In this document: one piece after another, positions 37,965 through 46,548 of the stretch
Layout: each line of letters begins with the position of its first letter
Numbering within the stretch: the stretch's first letter is position 1
Source: Candidatus Campbellbacteria bacterium
Lineage (GTDB): Bacteria; Patescibacteriota; Minisyncoccia; Phycocordibacterales; EsbW-18
Length of the DNA stretch: 61,863 nucleotides
Assembly: GCA_045863475.1 (NCBI GenBank)
Contig: BTUR01000002.1
Span: 79,553-141,415, forward strand
Direction of reading: 5' to 3'
Translations under genes and position numbers: made by a program
The notes under the pieces: generated by a model
Databases searched by the model: none
Seen by the model: the letters and a program-made list of their open reading frames with translations, nothing else
What the model was told of the DNA's origin: nothing

Positions 37965-38801
37965 ATGAATATGACTGATACAGAAGAACAAAACCCAGAG
38001 CCTCAACTTGACCCGTATTTGGAATCACCAAAAGTCTTTCATCTTGAAATGCCCCTCTATCATTCACTCGACCTATCTGTAGGGATGGTTGCAGAGAAAG
38101 CATATGAATGGATGGCATACTCGGGTACTACGGATGCCTATTGTATTTGGTGTGGCAAGGAAAGTGTTTTTGACGCAGAGGAATACCCTTATGGGACTAC
38201 TTATGCTTCGTGGCGAAAAAGCACTAGCCTTAGACGAAACGTATATAGGTGTTCTCGTGATAACAATCATTCCTATTATGTATATTACCTAAAGAGTAAA
38301 GATATATTGCAGAAAATTGGTCAATGGCCATCTGTCGCTGATTTTCAAATTCCACAAGCAGAGAAGTATCGAAAAATTCTCGGGGATGAAGAATACAAAG
38401 AATTAACTCGTGGTATCGGGCTTGCGGCACACGGTGTTGGGATTGGATCATTTGTGTATCTCCGTCGAGTCTTCGAAAATCTGATTGAAGAAGCGCATAC
38501 GAGGGCAATGACAGAGAATAAAGGATTTTTGAATGGGGAATATCTCAAGGCGAAGATGGACAACAAAATTAAGATGGTAAAGGATTATCTCCCCGAATTT
38601 TTGGTAGAGAACCGTACTCTTTACGCAATATTGAGTACAGGTATTCACGATCTAACTGAAGATGTATGTTTGCAGTATTTTGAAACAGTAAAAATCGGCA
38701 TTGAACAAATCCTTGACGAAAAAATTACCCAGGAGGAGAAAGCTGATAAGGCGGCGAGGGCGCGCGAAGCAATTCAAAAAATATCTAAAGACCTCGCTTA
38801 G
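37965..38801 (+). CDS. Hypothetical protein with an N-terminal Cys/His (Zn-ribbon-like) segment and a helical C-terminal region
   Basis: CIWCGKE...YRCSRDNNH. No catalytic motif was recognised. Its 3' end overlaps the convergent methyltransferase gene by 17 nt. Confidence 0.5.
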   Translation: MNMTDTEEQNPEPQLDPYLESPKVFHLEMPLYHSLDLSVGMVAEKAYEWMAYSGTTDAYCIWCGKESVFDAEEYPYGTTYASWRKSTSLRRNVYRCSRDNNHSYYVYYLKSKDILQKIGQWPSVADFQIPQAEKYRKILGDEEYKELTRGIGLAAHGVGIGSFVYLRRVFENLIEEAHTRAMTENKGFLNGEYLKAKMDNKIKMVKDYLPEFLVENRTLYAILSTGIHDLTEDVCLQYFETVKIGIEQILDEKITQEEKADKAARAREAIQKISKDLA

Positions 38802-40026
38802 CCAATTCTCTTCCCAAACGTTCAATAACACCAACCACTAGAGCGTTCCCCATGAAAAACGCGCGCTTCGCGTCAGGCATGCCCACAGTATGATTATCGG
38901 GAAACATACAGAGCCTTTCGAGCTCCAACGGCGTGAGCCGACGCAATTTTCCGGATGGGGTTTTTACAACATGTTTAAAACGTGACGGGGTGGGGCCACC
39001 CTCTCCAGTGACGATGGTGCGTGATGGCCGGTCGAGATAATCGGGAAATGCCACAGGTCCTTCGTTGTAAGTGAATTCAAATCCATTTTTCCCGTTTCGC
39101 TTTTCTTTTTTGGCACCTTTGAGATATTTCCAGCGTGGTAGCTCGCTTTTAGGAATAAAGAATTCATTTGGTACCTCTTTTTCGTGTAAAAGAACGTCCT
39201 CAAGAACAGCGGGTTCACCTGCGTGGAAGGGTTTTGGGTTTGCGGTCCAAACCTTTCGGTCAAACATCAGACCTGAAATCCCAAATGGCGTTTTCCCGGG
39301 AACACCGAATCCTTTTGAAATCTCATGAAGACGGCCATCTAATTTGAAGGTTGGAAAATCTCCCTTGTGTTCCACAGGGAAGGCCCTTGCGGTCAGCCCC
39401 TTATTCACAAGCCACTCAGACGGTTCGTGTGCAAGAAGTTCTTTGTGAATTTTTGTACCCTTCTTGTATCCGAGCATGAAGACTCGACGGCGGCGTTGTG
39501 GCATACCGTAATCGGCCGCGTTGATAACTCTCCACTCAACCGCGTATCCGAGGTCAGAAAGGGAAGCGAGCATTATTGCGAAATCACGACCCCGCTGGCT
39601 AACTGGTGATTTTAGAAGCCTGTCGACATTCTCGAGCATTAAGAATTTTGGTGCACGGGAACCTTTCTCTTTGAGAATTCTGTGAATCTCCCACCAGAGC
39701 ACACCCTTCTTTCCGTTGATACCAACAGCCTGGCTTAGCGTCCTCGCCACCGAATAATCCTGGCAAGGGAACCCTCCGACGAGAAGGTCGTGGTCAGGTA
39801 TATCGTCCACATGTACTTTCGCGATATCGATGTTGGAAAATTCATTTACTGCATCCGGAAACCTAGACGCATAGACTTCGAATGCGTGTTGTCTCTTGGT
39901 CGCTGGCTCCCACTGGTTAGCCCAGACGATTTCGTACCCACGATTCTTCTTCAAACCGACGTGAAAACCACCGACGCCTGCGAAAAGCTCAGCTACTCGA
40001 ATTGGTTTTTGAACGCCCTTTGCCAT
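38785..40026 (-). CDS. dcm: DNA (cytosine-5)-methyltransferase
   Basis: FAGVGG (motif I), GFPCQDYS (IV), ENV (VI), QRRRRVF (VIII) and GNALVV (X). Confidence 0.9.
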   Translation of the reverse strand: MAKGVQKPIRVAELFAGVGGFHVGLKKNRGYEIVWANQWEPATKRQHAFEVYASRFPDAVNEFSNIDIAKVHVDDIPDHDLLVGGFPCQDYSVARTLSQAVGINGKKGVLWWEIHRILKEKGSRAPKFLMLENVDRLLKSPVSQRGRDFAIMLASLSDLGYAVEWRVINAADYGMPQRRRRVFMLGYKKGTKIHKELLAHEPSEWLVNKGLTARAFPVEHKGDFPTFKLDGRLHEISKGFGVPGKTPFGISGLMFDRKVWTANPKPFHAGEPAVLEDVLLHEKEVPNEFFIPKSELPRWKYLKGAKKEKRNGKNGFEFTYNEGPVAFPDYLDRPSRTIVTGEGGPTPSRFKHVVKTPSGKLRRLTPLELERLCMFPDNHTVGMPDAKRAFFMGNALVVGVIERLGRELAKRGL

Positions 40027-40057
40027 GTACTCAGATCCTAACATATGGTCGACATGG

Positions 40058-40071
40058 GATCAATATTGATC
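40058..40071. promoter_or_regulatory. Perfect palindrome GATCAATATTGATC in the divergent methyltransferase/nuclease intergenic region
   Basis: A 14-bp palindrome containing two GATC sites. A further GATC lies at 40034-40037. Confidence 0.4.
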
Positions 40072-40126
40072 TATTGTAAAAAGTGTTATCTAAAATTTTC
40101 CTAAAATCTTGAAAAACAAGGCCTTT

Positions 40127-40888
40127 ATGGTAACTATCGACCCGAATAAGATTAAGACACGCCAAGAGTTGCTCCGAGTAGCCAAAAAAGACCTTGAAGG
40201 CAAGACCTTGCTGCAAATCGCAAAATGGATAGGAGATAGTGATGTCATTCAGCGCGTGAACTCCAAGGCAGCGGTCGGATATGTCATCGAGGAGGGGTAT
40301 TTCGGCGTAAGAAAAAATAGCACAGCCAAACCTGATCTTGAGAAACTGGGGGTAGAAATAAAAACTAGCCCGCTCAAACAAGGAAAAGATGGGAAGTTAC
40401 GCGTCAAAGAACCGCTCTCATTAAATATCATTAACTATACCGAGGAATCGAAGAATAGGACTTTGAAAGAATCTTCTCTTTACAAGAAAAACCACAGAGT
40501 TTTATTCGTTTGGTACATACACGATTCTTCCAAAAAAAGATCGGAATATAAAATCAAATATGTTTTTCTTTGGGAGATGAGCAGTCGGGTACTCCTCGAG
40601 CTTGCACCTGACTACGAAAAAATTCTTAGAAAGATAAAAGCAGGACGAGCACATGAAATTCACCAGTCCGACCACGAGCGTCTTACTTTATGTCCTAAGC
40701 ATGGTGGTACATTCAGAGACCCAAATGATAAAAAATCGAAGGTAAAACAACCATTCAGCAACAAGCCCGCAGAAATTCGAGCGTTTCGTCTCAAGAACTC
40801 CTACATGAACCAAGTTATCTATCGCTATTTGTCGAAAGAGAGACCGGGAGAAGTGCATAATTTTGTTTCTCCCAAAAAAAATAATTAA
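40127..40888 (+). CDS. MutH/Sau3AI-family endonuclease (single-domain size)
   Basis: KAAVGYVIEE...KPDLEKLGVEIKTSP matches the MutH core G.vG.llE...D...GvElKt.P, which holds the catalytic D/E/K. Confidence 0.8.
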   Translation: MVTIDPNKIKTRQELLRVAKKDLEGKTLLQIAKWIGDSDVIQRVNSKAAVGYVIEEGYFGVRKNSTAKPDLEKLGVEIKTSPLKQGKDGKLRVKEPLSLNIINYTEESKNRTLKESSLYKKNHRVLFVWYIHDSSKKRSEYKIKYVFLWEMSSRVLLELAPDYEKILRKIKAGRAHEIHQSDHERLTLCPKHGGTFRDPNDKKSKVKQPFSNKPAEIRAFRLKNSYMNQVIYRYLSKERPGEVHNFVSPKKNN

Positions 40889-40957
40889 AAATTGTGGGTA
40901 AGGCGGGGGAACACCACCAAACCCCTGAGTGTGTTTTGAATGGTAGAATACGCGTAT

Positions 40958-41524
40958 ATGAAAACCGCAGTAATCATTCACGGCATGCCGAGTAAGGAGG
41001 AATACCTCGACCTCGCAAACCCGGCGCAATCAAACCGCCACTGGTTTCCATGGCTTCAAAAACAATTAGCCATCCGAGGCGTTGTTGCCCAATCACTTGA
41101 AATGCCCGCTCCATACGAGCCAAGGTACGAGGATTGGAAAAAGACATTTGAGCAGATGCGTGTTGATGAAGAAACCGCCCTTTTTGGACATAGTTGTGGT
41201 GGTGGTTTTTTCGTTCGTTGGCTCAGCGAGAACAAAAACCGAGTGGGAGAAGTCGTTCTCGTCGCGCCATGGATTGACCCGAACAAAGAACTGAACACAG
41301 GCTTCTTTGATTTTGAAATTGATCCAACGCTCGTTGGACGCACAAAGGGAGTGACTGTTATGTATTCAACCGACGACGACCCGAGTATTCTTGAGACCGT
41401 TCGTGTTCTCAAGGAAAAACTTCCAGACGCGACGTTCAAGGAATTCCATGACAAGGGCCACTTCTGCTCGGCAGATCTCGTCAATGACGCCTTCCCCGAA
41501 CTGCTTGAAGTCCTGGGTCTATAA
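40958..41524 (+). CDS. Alpha/beta serine hydrolase (YdeN/RBBP9-like)
   Basis: GHSCGG nucleophile elbow in a protein of about 190 aa, with a C-terminal DKGHF. Confidence 0.65.
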   Translation: MKTAVIIHGMPSKEEYLDLANPAQSNRHWFPWLQKQLAIRGVVAQSLEMPAPYEPRYEDWKKTFEQMRVDEETALFGHSCGGGFFVRWLSENKNRVGEVVLVAPWIDPNKELNTGFFDFEIDPTLVGRTKGVTVMYSTDDDPSILETVRVLKEKLPDATFKEFHDKGHFCSADLVNDAFPELLEVLGL

Positions 41525-41560
41525 ACTACAAGCTTTTCTGGGGTGGTAGAATAGGGGAAT

Positions 41561-41818
41561 ATGAATCTTGAACAGGAGTTGCAGGAAATCAAGGAGCGCA
41601 ATAGACGCGTAGAGGGCGACAAAGCTTGGGAAACAAGTGGGTTGCGCGCGTTTGTCATCGCACTGGTTACATACGTTGTCGCTGTTGTGGTTTTATACCT
41701 CGTGGGTGCCTCAAAAATCTTTCTAAGCGCGCTTGTTCCCGTGCTCGGTTTCTATATTTCCACATTGTCTCTTCCTGCAATTAAACGTTGGTGGCTTAGA
41801 AAAAGAGACTTCTCTTAG
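41561..41818 (+). CDS. Small two-TM membrane protein
   Basis: 85 aa with two hydrophobic helices after a charged N-terminus. Confidence 0.45.
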   Translation: MNLEQELQEIKERNRRVEGDKAWETSGLRAFVIALVTYVVAVVVLYLVGASKIFLSALVPVLGFYISTLSLPAIKRWWLRKRDFS

Positions 41819-41823
41819 AGATT

Positions 41824-42207
41824 ATGAAAACAATACTCGTTGATGCGGTATTCGTGTTCGTAGACAAAGAAGGAAATATTGCCACGACGCTCCACGAGCT
41901 TTTGGAGACGTACCCGAACCGGAAAATCCTGCTCACTGGCGCTGATGATGAGCAGTTTAAAATGTGGAAACTCGACACAATGCCGTACGAAGTGTTTACC
42001 CTCAAACATAATCCCGAAAAATCAGATCCTTCGTACTATCGAAAGATGTTGGAGCACTTTGGTCTCTCCGCAAACGATGTGGTGTATTTCGAACACAGTC
42101 CCGACGCAGTTAAGAGTGCTCAATCAATCGGCATTACTTCGTACTACTACGACCACGAAAAACGCGACTTGTCGGCTCTTAAATCATTCTTAGACAAAAA
42201 TCTGTAG
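41824..42207 (+). CDS. HAD-superfamily hydrolase-like protein (short)
   Basis: VFVFVD-like N-terminus with a later FEHSPDAVKSAQSIG segment. Weak call. Confidence 0.45.
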   Translation: MKTILVDAVFVFVDKEGNIATTLHELLETYPNRKILLTGADDEQFKMWKLDTMPYEVFTLKHNPEKSDPSYYRKMLEHFGLSANDVVYFEHSPDAVKSAQSIGITSYYYDHEKRDLSALKSFLDKNL

Positions 42208-42209
42208 CA

Positions 42210-42458
42210 ATGACCAAAAAAATCTCAGGAGGAACCATACACACGCTGCCTGCAGATGTGCGAGAGATGATTGCAAAACATCCAAAAATCGCGGCACTGT
42301 GGGAAGACATCACGCCTTTGGCGCGCAATGAGTGGATTTGCTGGGTCACGTCGGGCAAAAAAGAAGAGACGCGGCGCATCCGTATTGAGAAAGCTCGTTC
42401 AAAACTCGCAGGTGGTATGCGCCGCCCCTGTTGCTGGGCAGGCTGTGTACATCGATAA
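42210..42458 (+). CDS. YdeI/OmdA-like small protein
   Basis: WEDITPLARNEWICWV...KKEETR..RI is typical of the YdeI C-terminal domain. Confidence 0.55.
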   Translation: MTKKISGGTIHTLPADVREMIAKHPKIAALWEDITPLARNEWICWVTSGKKEETRRIRIEKARSKLAGGMRRPCCWAGCVHR

Positions 42459-42497
42459 TGGTATACTCGTACCTTTAGAAATTAGTAACACACCCAT

Positions 42498-42902
42498 ATG
42501 AAACCAAATCCTGTCGTGCATTTTGAATTACCCGCAGACAACCGCGAGCGCATGCGTGCGTTTTATGAAAAAACATTCGGCTGGCAGACGCAGCAGTTGG
42601 GACCCGAGATGGGGGATTACATCACGGTGACAACCACCGAGACCGACGAGAACCATATGGTCAAAACTCCCGGCACCATTAACGGCGGTTTCTATCAGAG
42701 AGACATGGCGGCACCTGAGGCACAGCACCCCTCTATTGTTATTTCAGTTGATAATCTTGAGGAGAGCATAGAACGCGTGAAAGCAAACGGCGGAACCATT
42801 CAGGGAGAGCCGATGCCGATTCCCGGCGTGGGCAAATTCGCCGCATTTACCGATACCGAAGGCAACCGCCTGAGCATCTTGCAACCCGCCGAGGGGATGT
42901 AG
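42498..42902 (+). CDS. VOC/glyoxalase-family protein
   Basis: VHFELP...FYEKTFGW...GG..Y and FTDTEGN motifs. Confidence 0.75.
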   Translation: MKPNPVVHFELPADNRERMRAFYEKTFGWQTQQLGPEMGDYITVTTTETDENHMVKTPGTINGGFYQRDMAAPEAQHPSIVISVDNLEESIERVKANGGTIQGEPMPIPGVGKFAAFTDTEGNRLSILQPAEGM

Positions 42903-42912
42903 AAAAACTTCA

Positions 42913-42942
42913 GCCCCGTTCCGGTATAAACCAGAACGGGGC
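42913..42942 (-). terminator. Hairpin terminator serving the minus-strand ClpP-like operon
   Basis: GCCCCGTTC (42913-42921) pairs with GAACGGGGC (42934-42942). A T-run follows on the minus strand only. Confidence 0.55.
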
Positions 42943-42964
42943 GTAATGCGTGAAAGAGCAGAAA

Positions 42965-43183
42965 CTAGTTGGCGGGGCTGTACCGAACCTCCTCGTGGTT
43001 CTGCAGGCTCACGATGCGTACCGAGCCGCTGCCACGCTGAACGGCGAGGAACGGGGTTGAGAACTGCTCACCTTCGGGAGCCTTCTCCTTCGTCCACCAC
43101 TCACCGCGATGGAAGAACGTGGCGCCGTCAGGCACCACGTCGAACCTGCAGCACGGCAGACTGCTCTCGTTTTCCCGCGTCAT
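42965..43183 (-). CDS. Hypothetical 72-aa protein downstream of the ClpP-like gene
   Basis: ATG at 43183 preceded by SD ACAGGAGGAAAC. The longer track ORF (to 43384) overlaps clpP out of frame. Confidence 0.45.
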   Translation of the reverse strand: MTRENESSLPCCRFDVVPDGATFFHRGEWWTKEKAPEGEQFSTPFLAVQRGSGSVRIVSLQNHEEVRYSPAN

Positions 43184-43211
43184 GTTTCCTCCTGTGCGGA
43201 CTGCATGGAAG

Positions 43212-43757
43212 CTACCGTGAAACCTTGGGCACCGGATACTCGATGCGGTCGATGAAGCCGAGCTCGAGCGCCTCCTGAGCATGGTACCTGCGCTCCATCC
43301 GTGACCATTGGCGGAGTTTCTTGAGCGACTGCTTAGAGCGCGCACTGAGCTCCAAAAGATTCTGCTCGTGGAGGCGCTTCGCATGCGCTATCCGGAAACG
43401 AAGATCGGGCTGGTCGACCGCGACCTTGGAAGAAACGGGGTGGAACATCAGTCGTGCGTTCGGTAGCGCGATACGTTCGTCACACGCCTGCAGAATCGTG
43501 AAGGCAGCTGAGCTAGCACACCCCACGACCACCCCAATGACAGGGGACCGCAGTGAACGAATGACATCACAGAGGTACCGTGCCGCGTCCGCGTCACCGC
43601 CACCCGAATCGATGTCGAGCCGGATTGGCTCACTGCTCTCCAGGTCCAGCAACAGCATCGCGGTTGCGATGATGTCTTCCTTCGGACCGTCAACGTCGCC
43701 CCGCAGAAGCAGGCGACGGTGCGCCATGAGGCGCTCAGTAAGCTCCTGGAAGTTCAC
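43212..43757 (-). CDS. ClpP-family (S14) serine protease homolog, stand-alone
   Basis: IDSGGG, GCASSAAF (Ser), MFHP (His) and LGFIDRI (Asp) are in ClpP order. GTG start preceded by SD AAGGAGAAGG. Confidence 0.7.
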   Translation of the reverse strand: MNFQELTERLMAHRRLLLRGDVDGPKEDIIATAMLLLDLESSEPIRLDIDSGGGDADAARYLCDVIRSLRSPVIGVVVGCASSAAFTILQACDERIALPNARLMFHPVSSKVAVDQPDLRFRIAHAKRLHEQNLLELSARSKQSLKKLRQWSRMERRYHAQEALELGFIDRIEYPVPKVSR

Positions 43758-43908
43758 GTCCTTCTCCTTTCCGTTAGTTTTTGCTTAATCTGGCAAGCAT
43801 AATACACCAAAAACGCTTGTAAGTCAACGTTTTAAAAATTTTGTTACTTTACAAACACAAAATCGGTTGTATAATCACCAAAGACGATCCTACACAATCA
43901 ATAACACA

Positions 43909-45750
43909 ATGACCAAAACCAACGAACAACCGAGAAAGGAAAAAGACATCATGCGTAAAGCGCGTGAGCTTTTAGGTTCCGTCGTACGAGCATGCAGGCT
44001 CGCGTGGGGATTTGCACCCGGATTTGCCGGGTCGCTCCTTCTGTTCAGTATCGTCACCAACCTGCTGCCGCTGGCGCAAGCCAAGATCACCGGATCCATC
44101 GTGGACAGCGTCGTCGGTTCACTGTCGCAGGGAGTTACCGTTCCGCTTTTGCTCGTAGCACTCTACGCGGGTACGTGGGCGCTTTCACGTCTGAGCCGTG
44201 CGCTCGAGCTGTACCTCAACAAGCGCTGGTGGGTTGAAGCAGAACAGGGTATTGACCTTGCGATGATGCGCAAGCGTGCCGACATCGACATCGCGCACTA
44301 CGAAGACCCTGAGTTTCAGAACCTGCTTACGCGCGCGTTTGACCGCGGAAATTACCCGATTCTCAACAGCGCCGAACAGCAGTTCAACAACGTCTCGCTT
44401 CTTGTCGGTGTCCTCGTTTCCGCGGGTCTGGCTATCCAGTACCCGATGATTTTCCTCATCGTGCTGGGAAGCCTTATCCCGACGCTCTTAATCCAGATAC
44501 GCTTCGGCAACATGCAATGGTCTATCTGGTCGGAGAGCAGCCCGCGACGTCGTCTGTATGAAGCAATCCGTTCGCACTTCCGCGGACGCAACAGCATCAT
44601 CCAAGCGAAGATGCTCCAGAGCAGCGAACACCTCGTCGCCCGGGCGAAAAACCTCATCGACACCTTCAAACACGACCAGATCGGTGTTGACCGAGCGCGC
44701 TTCTGGTACAGCACACTCGCTGCGCTCGTAAGCGCTTCGGGTATCGGCTACGCGTTCTACCTCATCATCAAACTCGTCACGACAGGTCAGGAGGGCGTCG
44801 GCACCATCGTGTTCCTCATCTCGGTGATGGGACAGTTCGCTGGCATGACCACAACGCTCTTCGCCAATGTCGCACACCAGTACGAGCAGACGCTCTACGT
44901 ACGCGACATCTTCAAGGTGTTCGACGTCACGCCGAAAATCATTGAGGTGGAGCATCCGGTTCAGCTCTCTCTTGAGCAGCCGCCAAAGATTGAGTTCCGT
45001 AACGTATCATTCCGCTACGGCAACCGTGATGTGTGGGCGCTCAAGCATGTCAACTTCGTCATCAAGCCGGGTGAGAGAATCGCCTTGGTGGGTGAGAACG
45101 GGGCGGGCAAGACGACCTTGCTGAAACTGCTTGCGCGCACCTACGACCCGACGGAAGGAGAGATTCTCATCAACGATGTACCGCTGAAGGAGCTTTCGCT
45201 CCGTGAGTGGGGTTCGTATCTCGCAATACTTCTTCAGGAGTACCGCATTCACGACTTCACCGTCGCCGAGGCAATCGGCATGGGACGTGCAGATCGTGAG
45301 CTCTCACGGGAACATGCCGAGAGAGCGGCACAGCTCGGCGGCGCCGACTCCTTCATTCAGGGGTTTGAAGCGAAGTACGATGCGCAGATCGGCGCCGAGT
45401 TCGAGAAGGGCGTGGAGCTCTCTCACGGACAACAGCAACGACTCGCGCTTGCGCGCACCATCTACCGCGACGGTTTCGTCGTCGTGCTGGATGAGCCGAC
45501 TGCCGATGTTGATGCGATTGCCGAAGAAAAGTTCTTCAGCCAGATTGAGCAGGCCGTGTCAGGCAAGACGCTCATCTTGGTATCGCACCGCTTCAACACG
45601 GTGCAGAGCGCAGACCGCATCCTGGTCTTCCGTCATGGCGAGCTCATCGAAGAGGGTTCGCACATGGACCTTCTGCGGAAGGACGGTCACTACGCCGAGA
45701 TGTGGAAGAGTCAGGCGAAGTCCTTCATCGCGTCCGCCTCTGCAGCGTAA
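43909..45750 (+). CDS. ABC exporter, fused permease and ATPase (MsbA/ABCB-like)
   Basis: Six-TM N-terminal half, then GENGAGKTT (Walker A), LSHGQQQR (signature) and VVLDEPT (Walker B). Confidence 0.85.
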   Translation: MTKTNEQPRKEKDIMRKARELLGSVVRACRLAWGFAPGFAGSLLLFSIVTNLLPLAQAKITGSIVDSVVGSLSQGVTVPLLLVALYAGTWALSRLSRALELYLNKRWWVEAEQGIDLAMMRKRADIDIAHYEDPEFQNLLTRAFDRGNYPILNSAEQQFNNVSLLVGVLVSAGLAIQYPMIFLIVLGSLIPTLLIQIRFGNMQWSIWSESSPRRRLYEAIRSHFRGRNSIIQAKMLQSSEHLVARAKNLIDTFKHDQIGVDRARFWYSTLAALVSASGIGYAFYLIIKLVTTGQEGVGTIVFLISVMGQFAGMTTTLFANVAHQYEQTLYVRDIFKVFDVTPKIIEVEHPVQLSLEQPPKIEFRNVSFRYGNRDVWALKHVNFVIKPGERIALVGENGAGKTTLLKLLARTYDPTEGEILINDVPLKELSLREWGSYLAILLQEYRIHDFTVAEAIGMGRADRELSREHAERAAQLGGADSFIQGFEAKYDAQIGAEFEKGVELSHGQQQRLALARTIYRDGFVVVLDEPTADVDAIAEEKFFSQIEQAVSGKTLILVSHRFNTVQSADRILVFRHGELIEEGSHMDLLRKDGHYAEMWKSQAKSFIASASAA

Positions 45751-45876
45751 CCGTCATGTTGTAATCGATTTCCTCCCCGGAGACCGCAAGGTCTTCGGGG
45801 AGTTTTCTATACCTTGATTGACGCAGTGGTTGCAGTCGTGTACTTTCACAAGCAGAAAGACCGAAAGGAGCCGTTG

Positions 45877-46092
45877 ATGGACATTCCGAGAAACAAGCTT
45901 TTCCCGCGTGATTCCGTGCAGTGCGACGATTGCGGAGGATGTGGCTGTACTGTCTGCGGACAGGACGGGTGGCTCACGCCCCGCACGCATCCGAAGGGGA
46001 GACGGTGCTATCGCTGTGATGTTCCACTCCCGCCCGACCACATCGCGGTGTACTGCTCCGATGCGTGCGCCGAGGACAACGCCACCGACTAG
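45877..46092 (+). CDS. Small Cys-rich (zinc-ribbon-like) protein
   Basis: CDDCGGCGCTVCG...CYRCD...CSDAC. SD GAAAGGAG and a terminator at 46106-46143. Confidence 0.45.
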   Translation: MDIPRNKLFPRDSVQCDDCGGCGCTVCGQDGWLTPRTHPKGRRCYRCDVPLPPDHIAVYCSDACAEDNATD

Positions 46093-46105
46093 AACGTCGT
46101 CACCG

Positions 46106-46143
46106 CCGCCCAAAAGAGCTGTTGCTCTTTGGGCGGCTCTTTT
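46106..46143 (+). terminator. Intrinsic terminator
   Basis: CCGCCCAAAAGAGC pairs with GCTCTTTGGGCGG (one bulged A), then CTCTTTTG. Confidence 0.65.
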
Positions 46144-46191
46144 GTACACTCAAAAACGGAAGCGCAATCACGCGCACCAAAGGAGAGAGGC

Positions 46192-46311
46192 ATGAGGAAG
46201 ATTCAGCCGCGGGGACGCCGTTTCCTGAAGCTCGGACGCCGCACGCTGTTCTTCAGGAAAGGGTGGCTTCGGCTGCCTGCCTTCTTCAGGGGTGGTCTGC
46301 AGACTGCCTGA
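46192..46311 (+). CDS. Candidate 39-aa highly basic peptide
   Basis: MRKIQPRGRRFLKLGRRTLFFRKGWLRLPAFFRGGLQTA. SD AAAGGAGAG and a terminator-like hairpin at 46329-46364. Confidence 0.3.
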   Translation: MRKIQPRGRRFLKLGRRTLFFRKGWLRLPAFFRGGLQTA

Positions 46312-46328
46312 ACCTCGCATCCAACTCC

Positions 46329-46364
46329 GGGCGCCCCTCACAAGGCGCCCTTTACCTTTCTTTT
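46329..46364 (+). terminator. Intrinsic terminator-like hairpin
   Basis: GGGCGCC (46329-46335) pairs with GGCGCCC (46344-46350), followed by a T-rich tract. Confidence 0.5.
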
Positions 46365-46416
46365 GACTCTTGTACACATTTGGGAACATGCCCAAAACGC
46401 TTTATACTAAAGGTCT

Positions 46417-46548
46417 ATGAATCCCATTAGAAAGCCGCGGTCGCAACAAATGGGAATCAGCAATTTTAACGAGAATTATCATTACATGGCGATAACCACG
46501 CAGTTCAACGGTTGGTCAGAGACCGCGACCTGCTTCTAACGGGATGAA
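46417..46548 (+). repeat. Type A start-codon inverted-repeat element, copy A5, at the aspS start
   Basis: IR TCCCATTAGAA (46422-46432) and TTCTAACGGGA (46534-46544), 10 of 11 paired. ATGAA at 46417-46421 and 46544-46548. A 40-codon ORF runs from the left ATG to the TAA inside the right IR. Confidence 0.75.

Noticed and set aside
43758-43790. Solo type A right arm (CTAACGG) upstream of the ClpP-like gene
   Set aside because: Only a 7-mer matches and there is no partner arm, so this is compatible with chance.
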